Position numbers and translations under genes: made by a program | Part shown: piece by piece, positions 36,988-44,977 of the stretch | Numbering within the stretch: position 1 is the first letter of the stretch | How the letters are laid out: every line of letters starts with the position of its first letter | Assembly (NCBI GenBank): GCA_963703365.1 | Contig: OY969815.1 | Span: 3,080,577-3,144,576 of the forward strand | Length of the DNA stretch: 64,000 bases | Reading direction: 5' to 3' | Origin: an uncultured Bacteroidota bacterium | Lineage (GTDB): Bacteria > Bacteroidota > Ignavibacteria > Kryptoniales > JAKASW01 | The notes under the pieces: generated by a model | Seen by the model: the letters and a program-made list of their open reading frames with translations, nothing else | Told to the model about the DNA's origin: nothing | The model's database searches: none

Positions 36988-38034
36988 TTACTTTAGGATG
37001 CTTTTCCCATTATACTCAACCGTTTGAAGTTTTTCAACATCAAGCTTCTGGATGTTTTTCGGAAGCGGCGCATAATCCAATGCAGTTGAGAATTGCTGTC
37101 CTTCGGTGACAACCCACTTCATGAATTCGAGTGTAGTCTTTCCTTTCTCGTAGTCTGTCTGGTTCTTATAGATCAATAACCAAGTCGCACTTGAGATAGG
37201 GTAGGAATCTTTTCCCGGGGCGTTAGTGATCGAGAATCTTAAATCTTCAGGGAGCGTTTTGGCGGCATTTGCCAGAGCTGCCGTAACGCCGGCGATCGAG
37301 GGGTGAACGAACTCACCCGCCGCATTCTCGACGTCTGCATACGAAATGTTGTTTTGAAGAGCGTAGATCAACTCGATATATCCGAGTGCTCCTGGTGTAC
37401 GGGAGATCTGTCCGGAGACTCCCTCGTTGCCTTTTCCACCAATGCCGACCGGCCAGTTTACGCTCGTTCCTTTGCCGACTTTGTCCTTCCATTCAGAACT
37501 TACTTTGGAGAGATAGTCAACGAAGATGTACGTTGTGCCGCTTCCGTCTGCACGATGAACGACGATGATCGGCATGTTAGGGAGATCGACGGTGGGATTC
37601 AGTTTTTTTATGCTCTCATCGTTCCATGTCGTTATCTTCCCGAGAAAAATATTTGCAATTGTTTCTGCGTCGAATTTCAAAGTCTCATTCACACCGGGGA
37701 CGTTGTAGGCGACGACATCGGCGCCGAGAGTTTCAGGAATGTGGATAAGCGGGCCGTGGGCTGAATCGGCCACGCGCAATTGTTCGTCATTCAGCGGAGC
37801 ATCGCTTGCTCCAAAATCAACGGTTCCGGCAGTCACTTGCTTTATTCCGCCGCCGCTTCCGATTGATTGGTAATTGATCTCAACGTCGGGTTTAATGTTG
37901 TGATATTCGCTTGACCATTTTGAGATTAACGGGTATGGGAAAGTAGCTCCCGCTCCGTTGATTTTTGTTTGCGCGTATGTTGTTGCCATTGACATCGCAA
38001 TAACAACAAGTGCAACCGCCAATCGTTTTAACAT
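36988..38034 (-). CDS. pstS: Phosphate ABC transporter substrate-binding protein PstS
   Basis: It has a signal peptide, GAGATFPYPL, and SGTTYIF in the GSGTT context. No pstCAB genes are adjacent. Confidence 0.9.
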   Translation of the reverse strand: MLKRLAVALVVIAMSMATTYAQTKINGAGATFPYPLISKWSSEYHNIKPDVEINYQSIGSGGGIKQVTAGTVDFGASDAPLNDEQLRVADSAHGPLIHIPETLGADVVAYNVPGVNETLKFDAETIANIFLGKITTWNDESIKKLNPTVDLPNMPIIVVHRADGSGTTYIFVDYLSKVSSEWKDKVGKGTSVNWPVGIGGKGNEGVSGQISRTPGALGYIELIYALQNNISYADVENAAGEFVHPSIAGVTAALANAAKTLPEDLRFSITNAPGKDSYPISSATWLLIYKNQTDYEKGKTTLEFMKWVVTEGQQFSTALDYAPLPKNIQKLDVEKLQTVEYNGKSILK

Positions 38035-38280
38035 AAATTGTCTCCTAATTTTTTTAAAGTTTGAAATGTGAAGTACAAAAACCTAACCCATTATGATGAA
38101 TGAAATGGTACTGTTTGTACCCTTATGCACATGTCAATTTAAGTTATTGATGTGATGTAAAGTTTAAGTCTTGGTTAAAGACAAGTAAACTTAGGTTGAA
38201 AATCGTCATCAATTTGTTCAGAAGTGGTGGTTTATGTCTTGTACGCAGATTTTTCTATCCGCTGCTCATTATAATAGAAA

Positions 38281-38316
38281 TAAAAAACGGAGCCGTAGCT
38301 TTCGCCGACGGCCCCG
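38281..38316 (-). terminator. Rho-independent terminator downstream of the porin gene
   Basis: The minus strand reads CGGGGCCGU-loop-ACGGCUCCG followed by UUUUUUA. Confidence 0.6.
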
Positions 38317-38451
38317 CATCCTCTTGCCCGAACTATTGTTTAGTTCAGCAATGTTTTTCCGTCATACTATATTCTGACCATTTCCAGTTTTGCGATATCG
38401 ATTTCCTGAAGTTGCAACGAGAAAATGGTGCATGACACACAAACCAGTAAA

Positions 38452-39495
38452 TCAGAACGTTATGAAGAAAGTCGCTCTCGCGATAGCGTCGGCTTTCGAG
38501 CCGGACAATCCATAAGTTGCATACTCGACGTTCGGCATGAAGTGGACGTTCTTCCTGACGCTCCAATCTAGCCCGCCAAGAATTAGGTTCTGTACGCTGT
38601 TCGCAAATGTCGTGTTCTTTGTGTCAGAATTGGGGGTGTACATATCGTATCTTGCAACGAGTCGCAGGTTGTCCACCAATCCTACCCAACCATTTAAGCT
38701 TAATCCGTTTCGCTTTAAAGTGGTACGACCGCTTAGACCGTCCATAAAATATTGTGCGCCGAGGCTGAAGTCGCTATTCGCATAGTTTACAATCACGTCC
38801 CCGGATCTGTTGAGAGAGTCGTAGCCAACGCCGTTGTATTGCCCGTTCAACAAAATGGTGAACTCCTTGACAGGGTTGAATTGCAAATAAAGATAGGCGG
38901 CTTTGTACCTATCGGTTGTAGTAGTAAGAGGACTGTTGCCGCTATTGTTCCCGACAAGCAAACCAGCCGTGAAAGCGTCGGAGAATTTCTGATTGTACGA
39001 AACACCGAGGTCCCTCGAGGACGAAATTCCGTGAAGATCTTGAACTGTCTTCTCCAACGATCTGTAGCCGAATATTCCTTCTGCCATGTTAATTTCAGGC
39101 GTTCCTTGCACACCGATTATGACATTACCTCCATCAGTAATATTGTTCCATTTTATGAAAGCGTCCTTTACCATTGTGGAGAGTTTTGTTCCTACGTTTG
39201 AAGCACTTGGATCGGATTCCAGACGGAATCTTGCACTGAAGTCCTGTGCGATGGAATCGTCAACAGTGAGATAAATACGTCTGTAATCGAACGCTTGCAT
39301 ATCCTTCTGCAATACTCCACCAGCAGCGGGCGAATATGTTGAAGTTGGATTAACTGAGGTATTCGACGCGTCATGTTGCAGAACATAATAGTAATCGCCA
39401 AAGAATAGCCCTGAAAACTTTGGCATGTTTTGGGCTGATGCCATTCCCGCAAAAAGCAGGACGGCGGCAAGAGTAAAAGATTTACGCAAATACAC
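38452..39495 (-). CDS. Outer-membrane beta-barrel porin (possibly phosphate-selective, judged from context)
   Basis: It has a signal peptide ending ASAQ, alternating beta-strand patterning and a C-terminal aromatic residue (…FFITF). It lies next to pstS. Confidence 0.65.
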   Translation of the reverse strand: MYLRKSFTLAAVLLFAGMASAQNMPKFSGLFFGDYYYVLQHDASNTSVNPTSTYSPAAGGVLQKDMQAFDYRRIYLTVDDSIAQDFSARFRLESDPSASNVGTKLSTMVKDAFIKWNNITDGGNVIIGVQGTPEINMAEGIFGYRSLEKTVQDLHGISSSRDLGVSYNQKFSDAFTAGLLVGNNSGNSPLTTTTDRYKAAYLYLQFNPVKEFTILLNGQYNGVGYDSLNRSGDVIVNYANSDFSLGAQYFMDGLSGRTTLKRNGLSLNGWVGLVDNLRLVARYDMYTPNSDTKNTTFANSVQNLILGGLDWSVRKNVHFMPNVEYATYGLSGSKADAIARATFFITF

Positions 39496-39529
39496 GTTTT
39501 CTCCTTTTTGCTTTGAAATTAATTTAATA

Positions 39530-39571
39530 TGTTGACCTGTCTGTTAAGGTTGTGTTAAGGATTTGTAAAAT
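39530..39571 (+). promoter_or_regulatory. Four tandem, ~11-bp-phased direct repeats (TGTTGACC, TGTTAAGG, TGTTAAGG, TGTAAAAT) in the divergent porin/pepN intergenic region
   Basis: The repeats start at 39530, 39542, 39553 and 39564. The arrangement is typical of OmpR/PhoB-type winged-helix binding sites. Confidence 0.35.
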
Positions 39572-39662
39572 GGGGTGGAATGTCTATCCTTACTTAAGAG
39601 GATTTCGCTTTAACAATTTGCGTTTTGCAGTTATTTTAAATCTTCAAACAAGGAGGAGAGTT

Positions 39663-42110
39663 TTGAAGAAGTCAACGTCTGTTTTTATCCCAATATTTCT
39701 CTCGGTTTTACTCAACGTCTTTTCGGCATCCGCACAGGAAAAGCTGCCGCCTATCCATCAAGCACCTGACAGGGAATTCCATGCGATAAATATCGATCTC
39801 AGTTTAAAATTTAATTTGCAGAAGAAAGAACTATTTGGAACAGCCGTAGAAAAGATTGTTCCGCTGCGTGCCAGTTTGGATACAGTGCATCTTGATGCGG
39901 TCGACATGACAATAGACAAAATTGTTATGAAGGATAAGACGCTTGGATTCAGATACGACGGGAACACCTTGGCGATCGGATTGGGTAAGAGCTACGGTAT
40001 TGACGACACTCTTACCTACACGATCACATATTCAACCTTTCCGAAGAAGGGAATATTCTTTGTCGAAGCAGATACTGCATATCCGAATCGGACACCGCAG
40101 GTTTGGAGCCAGAGTGAGATGGAAGATGCGAGGTACTGGTTTCCGTGCCATGATTATCCCGATGATTTTCTGACGAGTTCAGTCTCGGCAACGGTTCCCA
40201 GAGATTGGACCGTCGTTTCGAACGGCGTTATGGAACGGGAAATGACCGATCGAAAAGACTCAACAAAAACTTTCCGATGGGTCGAGAGCAAGCCGCATGT
40301 TATTTATTTGATCTCAATTGTGGCGGGAAAATATTCTATCGTTGAGGATTATTTTGGAAAAATTCCGATTTACTATTATGTCGCTCCCGAATACGCAAAA
40401 TATGCGGAAGAAAATTTTTCTCACACACCGGATATTCTGAAATTTTATTCTGAGGTTACCCGCTACGAATACCCGTGGCAGAAGCTTGCCCTATCTGCGG
40501 TTACCGATTTCACATTCGGCGGAATGGAAAATGTCTCGGCGATAACACTCACTGACAATACGATGCACAACGCTGATGCGGAACCGCAGGAATCAAGCAC
40601 AGATTTGGTCTCGCATGAAACGGCGCACCAATGGTTCGGCGATTTGCTGACCTGCCGGACATGGGCGAATGCCTGGCTCAACGAGGGATTTGCAACTTAC
40701 TTTGAAGCGCTTTACGGCGAGCACGCTTTCGGAGAAGATCATTTTAATTACGAGATGTACCATGATCATCAGGAAGTCATCCCTGCCGACAATGTCGAGC
40801 GCCGACCGACGGTTTATAACCGTTATTATAACTCGATCGATCTTTTTGGGGATTACATCTACCCGCGCGGCGCATCGATACTCCATATGCTCCGTGGAAT
40901 TGTTGGCAATTTTTTCTTTTTCAAAGCTATTCAATATTACGTTCACAAATTCCAGCATCAGAATATTGACTCTCATGATTTTGCAAATGCCGTTTGGGAA
41001 GCAACCGGATACAATCTCGATTGGTTTTTCGACGAATGGCTTTACAAAGGCGGTCATCCGGTGTTCGATGTGAATTACAATTACAACGACAGCTCGCATT
41101 CACTCACTCTGCATGTTGCACAAACGCAAAAAGTGGACAGCGTGACCCCGATTTATAGAATGCCGGTTGACATTTACATCGTTACTGCCTCACAAAAAAT
41201 AACGAAGACTGTTTGGGTAGATTCGCTAAGCAATACCTATACATTTGATGTCGCTGAAAAACCTTTGATGGTGAATTTCGATAAAGATGATTATCTCCTC
41301 AAGGAGTTAAGCTTCAAGAAATCAATAGGTGAACTTTCTTATCAGCTTAAGAATGATCCGAATGTTGTTGGAAGAGTCTGGGCAGCCGATGAATCAAACG
41401 TCCAGAATAGCACCGAAGCTGAAGATGCTTTAGTCGACGGACTCAAAGAGGACAGTTTCTGGGGAGTCAGAATCACGTGTGCGCAAGCATTGTCGAACTT
41501 TAATGATAAGAAAGTTGAGGATGCTCTGAAGGCAGCGATTGGAGACAAAGATGCCCGCGTGCAAGATGAAGCGATAAACGGACTTGCAAAATATAAAGAT
41601 GCGGATATCGCACCGCTTCTTGAGCATTTATATGGTACTCAAAAGAATTATTTTGTCAGAGCTGCGGCGGTTAAAGCGCTCGCTTCAGTCGAAGGCGAGA
41701 AAGCAACACCCATTGTCGAGAATGCTTTGACGCAAGACTCATACGAGCAGGTAATAAAAAGCGCGGCACTCACTTCTCTAGCGATGATAGATTCTTCGAA
41801 AGCGTACGACACGGCTGTCGAATTTGCAAAATATGGCGAGCCTCAGTCGCTGCGGCTGCAAGGAATGAACGAAATGGTACGGCTTGAGCCGAAGAGCGAA
41901 GAGACGGTTAATCTCCTCAAAAAATATTTGAGTGATCCCTTTATTTGGGCACGAATGGTGGCGATAAATTCTCTCGGAAGAGTCGGTGATCAGGGTATTA
42001 TCCCTTTACTGCAAGATAGAGAAAAAACCGAAACCGACGGAAGGCTGCAGCAAGCGGCTCGGAGAGCGATAGACTCGATAAACAAAAGGGAAAGCAGAGA
42101 ATCGGAATAG
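39663..42110 (+). CDS. pepN: M1-family aminopeptidase N with a C-terminal HEAT-repeat region
   Basis: GGMEN, HETAHQWFGD (HExxH) and WLNEGFATY are present, with a C-terminal HEAT-like region (VRAAAVKALA...). I chose the start at TTG 39663, after AGGAGG and followed by a signal peptide. The ORF-track start at 39552 lies in the repeat region. Confidence 0.9.
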   Translation: MKKSTSVFIPIFLSVLLNVFSASAQEKLPPIHQAPDREFHAINIDLSLKFNLQKKELFGTAVEKIVPLRASLDTVHLDAVDMTIDKIVMKDKTLGFRYDGNTLAIGLGKSYGIDDTLTYTITYSTFPKKGIFFVEADTAYPNRTPQVWSQSEMEDARYWFPCHDYPDDFLTSSVSATVPRDWTVVSNGVMEREMTDRKDSTKTFRWVESKPHVIYLISIVAGKYSIVEDYFGKIPIYYYVAPEYAKYAEENFSHTPDILKFYSEVTRYEYPWQKLALSAVTDFTFGGMENVSAITLTDNTMHNADAEPQESSTDLVSHETAHQWFGDLLTCRTWANAWLNEGFATYFEALYGEHAFGEDHFNYEMYHDHQEVIPADNVERRPTVYNRYYNSIDLFGDYIYPRGASILHMLRGIVGNFFFFKAIQYYVHKFQHQNIDSHDFANAVWEATGYNLDWFFDEWLYKGGHPVFDVNYNYNDSSHSLTLHVAQTQKVDSVTPIYRMPVDIYIVTASQKITKTVWVDSLSNTYTFDVAEKPLMVNFDKDDYLLKELSFKKSIGELSYQLKNDPNVVGRVWAADESNVQNSTEAEDALVDGLKEDSFWGVRITCAQALSNFNDKKVEDALKAAIGDKDARVQDEAINGLAKYKDADIAPLLEHLYGTQKNYFVRAAAVKALASVEGEKATPIVENALTQDSYEQVIKSAALTSLAMIDSSKAYDTAVEFAKYGEPQSLRLQGMNEMVRLEPKSEETVNLLKKYLSDPFIWARMVAINSLGRVGDQGIIPLLQDREKTETDGRLQQAARRAIDSINKRESRESE

Positions 42111-42202
42111 TTTTATTTAGATCGACCACTTTGATCGATTCAACTTCCCGTATTTGGAATCTTTATTCTAAGGTTATTGTTTATTCGGCAAAGGAGATGA
42201 CC

Positions 42203-43816
42203 ATGGATATGAAAAAGATCACTAATGAGATTACTGAGGCTGTTAGAAGTTTGTGCATTAAAACGGTAAAGGGGCTATGCTTCCGAACTCGGAAATTACC
42301 TCGTGTAGTTTCCTTATCGAGTTTTATTGCCTGCTTTAATCTTGTTCAACTTATTTATCCCATTTGTTATGGACAATCAACCAAGAGCGATGATTACGAT
42401 TGGCTCCAATTCAATTTCGATCCTCAACATAGTGGGAACGATACAAAAGAAACAAAAATCACCCCACAAGATGTCGGAAGCTTGCGTCAGCTTTTCAAAA
42501 TATCGTTGCCGTCAACTGCCGACGGTGCGCCTGCTTATCTCAGTGATGTTCAGACCCCGTCGGGTATAATTAATATGATTTTTGTGACAACTAAGGATGG
42601 TCGAATTATAGCCCTCAATGCCGTGAATGGCAATGTTGTTTGGACTCATCAATATGGAACAGGCACTTATCGCGTAAATAACGGACATCAACCGACTTAT
42701 ACCACGTCTTCTCCGGCGATCGATCCAGATCGAGAATTTGTCTATAGCTACGGACTAGACGGCTATGTTCATAAATATCGAGTCACCGACGGTGTCGAAA
42801 TAAAAGACGGAGGCTGGCCGGAATTGTGCACGCTCAAACCATTTGACGAAAAAGGGTCGTCAGCACTTGCTATTGCAACTGCAAAAGACAGCATTTCATA
42901 TCTTTACGTCGCAAACGGTGGATACTTGGGCGACAGGGGAGATTATCAAGGACACTTGACGACGATAAATCTGCATGATGGTACGCAGCACGTTTTCAAT
43001 GCTAACGGTAGCAACCAGACGGTTCATTTTGTGGAACGTCCGGGCAAGCCTGATTGGCCTGAGGTTCAAACTGCGATCTGGGCGAGGTCTGGGGCCGTGT
43101 ATGATGCAACGACGGATAAAGTTTACATGGCGACAGGCAACGGTCAGTTTGACCCGAAGGGGCACAATTGGGGTGACACTATTTTTTCGCTCAACCCGGA
43201 TGGCACGGGAAATAATGGGGCTCCAATTGACAGCTACACGCCGAAAAACTTCGATGAACTGGATAAAGCTGATTTAGATCTTGGCAGCACCGCGCCGGCA
43301 ATAATTCCAACACCGGACAACTGTATTATAAAAAATCTTGCGGTTCAGTCGGGGAAGGACAAAGTTCTGCGCCTAGTTAATCTTGCTGATCTCAGTGGAC
43401 ATGAAGGTCCCGGCAACACTGGCGGTGGGATTGGAAAGATCATCGATGTTCCTTCGGGCGAAATGGTTTTCACCGCTCCAGCAGTCTGGGTAAATCTTCA
43501 AAATAAAACTCCCTGGGTTTTTGTCGGAACGTATGATGGGCTTTCTGCATTCCAATTGCAGATTGACAGGAAGGGAATGCCGAGCCTTAAACTTGCATGG
43601 CAACAATCCGACGGGAGTAGCTCGCCGATTATCGCAAACGGTGTTTTGTGTTGTGCCGTCAGCGGTAGCATCCGCGCACTCGATCCGGTTACAGGAAAAG
43701 TTTTGTGGCATGACAAGCATATCGGAAGAATTCATTGGGAAAGCCCGATCGTTGATAATGGAGTTTTGTATGTCACAGATGAGTCGGGAGATTTAACAGC
43801 ATACGGAATTAAGTAG
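42203..43816 (+). CDS. PQQ-like beta-propeller repeat protein with an N-terminal membrane anchor
   Basis: Repeated ...DGRIIALNAVNGNVVW... and ...IRALDPVTGKVLW... motifs are present. A hydrophobic segment (VVSLSSFIACFNLVQLIYPI) lies near the N-terminus. The start is ATG 42197 or 42203, after AAGGAG. Confidence 0.7.
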   Translation: MDMKKITNEITEAVRSLCIKTVKGLCFRTRKLPRVVSLSSFIACFNLVQLIYPICYGQSTKSDDYDWLQFNFDPQHSGNDTKETKITPQDVGSLRQLFKISLPSTADGAPAYLSDVQTPSGIINMIFVTTKDGRIIALNAVNGNVVWTHQYGTGTYRVNNGHQPTYTTSSPAIDPDREFVYSYGLDGYVHKYRVTDGVEIKDGGWPELCTLKPFDEKGSSALAIATAKDSISYLYVANGGYLGDRGDYQGHLTTINLHDGTQHVFNANGSNQTVHFVERPGKPDWPEVQTAIWARSGAVYDATTDKVYMATGNGQFDPKGHNWGDTIFSLNPDGTGNNGAPIDSYTPKNFDELDKADLDLGSTAPAIIPTPDNCIIKNLAVQSGKDKVLRLVNLADLSGHEGPGNTGGGIGKIIDVPSGEMVFTAPAVWVNLQNKTPWVFVGTYDGLSAFQLQIDRKGMPSLKLAWQQSDGSSSPIIANGVLCCAVSGSIRALDPVTGKVLWHDKHIGRIHWESPIVDNGVLYVTDESGDLTAYGIK

Positions 43817-44050
43817 GGGAAAACCTGACGGGATTTGTGCCTTATTTGTGTTTCTTCTACGCATAGACTTTTCTCCAGAGCCTCAGGACAGGTATCACGC
43901 TAGTTAAAGACAGCTCACGTCACATTCAACGACGCTTGTTGATCACGATTTATTGTGTGTTATGACTGTGACTAAATACAACTTAGCGATCGAGGATGCC
44001 CTTTTATAATTTAAACGTTATTCGTAACTCCAGAGGAGACAACTGACAAA

Positions 44051-44698
44051 ATGATGACGATGGACAATAGATTGCAGTCTCTGTATAAGACAGCATTCAG
44101 GCTGTCGATTTTTACCATAGTTTACAATCTTGCCGAAGGGCTTGTTGCAATTTACTTTGGCCAAAGGGATGGGAGCCTTACTCTTTTCGGCTTCGGCATC
44201 GACAGCTTCATTGAAGTAATTTCAGGCCTTGGTATTGCTCATATGGTATTACGTATCCGACGTAACTCAGAGAGTGATAAGGATAAATTTGAAAAGACCG
44301 CCTTAATGATAACCGGTATCTCCTTTTACGTTCTCGTTCTCGGACTTCTCGCAACAAGTGTTCACAAGTTGATCACCGGAGAAAAACCGGAAACCACGGT
44401 TGTCGGTGTAATACTTTCATTGATTTCAATTGCGGTAATGCTTGCTCTCTTGTATTCCAAGCTCTCGGTGGGAAAAGCATTGAACTCAGAGCCAATAATG
44501 GCGGATGCACAATGTACTAAGGTTTGTGTATACATGTCCATCGTCTTGCTTGTTGCCAGTGCGATATACGAGCTTACAAAAATTGCTTATGTCGATATTC
44601 TGGGTTCGTTGGCGTTAGCGTATTTCTCATTCAACGAGGGGCATGAATCTCTTGAGAAGGCAAAGAACAACAAATCTTGTGCGGGTGAGGACACCTGA
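44051..44698 (+). CDS. Cation-efflux (CDF-like) membrane domain protein lacking the cytoplasmic C-terminal domain
   Basis: The 215-aa product has about 5-6 TM helices. The acidic/His TM motifs FGIDSFIEV and IMADAQCT resemble the metal sites in CDF TM2 and TM5. Confidence 0.55.
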   Translation: MMTMDNRLQSLYKTAFRLSIFTIVYNLAEGLVAIYFGQRDGSLTLFGFGIDSFIEVISGLGIAHMVLRIRRNSESDKDKFEKTALMITGISFYVLVLGLLATSVHKLITGEKPETTVVGVILSLISIAVMLALLYSKLSVGKALNSEPIMADAQCTKVCVYMSIVLLVASAIYELTKIAYVDILGSLALAYFSFNEGHESLEKAKNNKSCAGEDT

Positions 44699-44977
44699 TG
44701 GCGCTGCGCATAACTGCACGCACGACAACACTCGTTCCTTATGAGAGGAATGTTTATTGTTTCCTTGACAGTGGCATCGGGTAACCCTATTTTTACTTAG
44801 ATTAAGTCTTAATAAATGATAGTTTAAAGAAACGAATAAGGAACGAGCAATGCCACCAAGAGCTTTTCAAATAAATGCAGTCGGAATATCATCGGAGAAT
44901 ATAACATGTTGGCATGAAATCCGACATAGAGTTGTAATTAAATTAGTTATCTGCCATTTGAACCCTTAAGAATAGAG

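Noticed and set aside
38196-38435. 79-aa plus-strand ORF in the pstS-porin intergenic region.
   Set aside because: It spans the porin terminator hairpin. It has no RBS, is Cys/Phe-rich and shows no motif. It is probably non-coding.
39552-39662. N-terminal 37 codons of the ORF-track aminopeptidase (GTG 39552).
   Set aside because: This region contains the tandem TGTTAAGG repeats and no RBS. TTG 39663 follows AGGAGG and begins a signal peptide.
43817-44050. Possible NiCo/czcD-type riboswitch upstream of the CDF-like gene (GGACAG and GACAGC elements).
   Set aside because: I could not reconstruct the four-way-junction consensus from memory. The matches are short. A covariance-model scan (Rfam czcD) would be needed.
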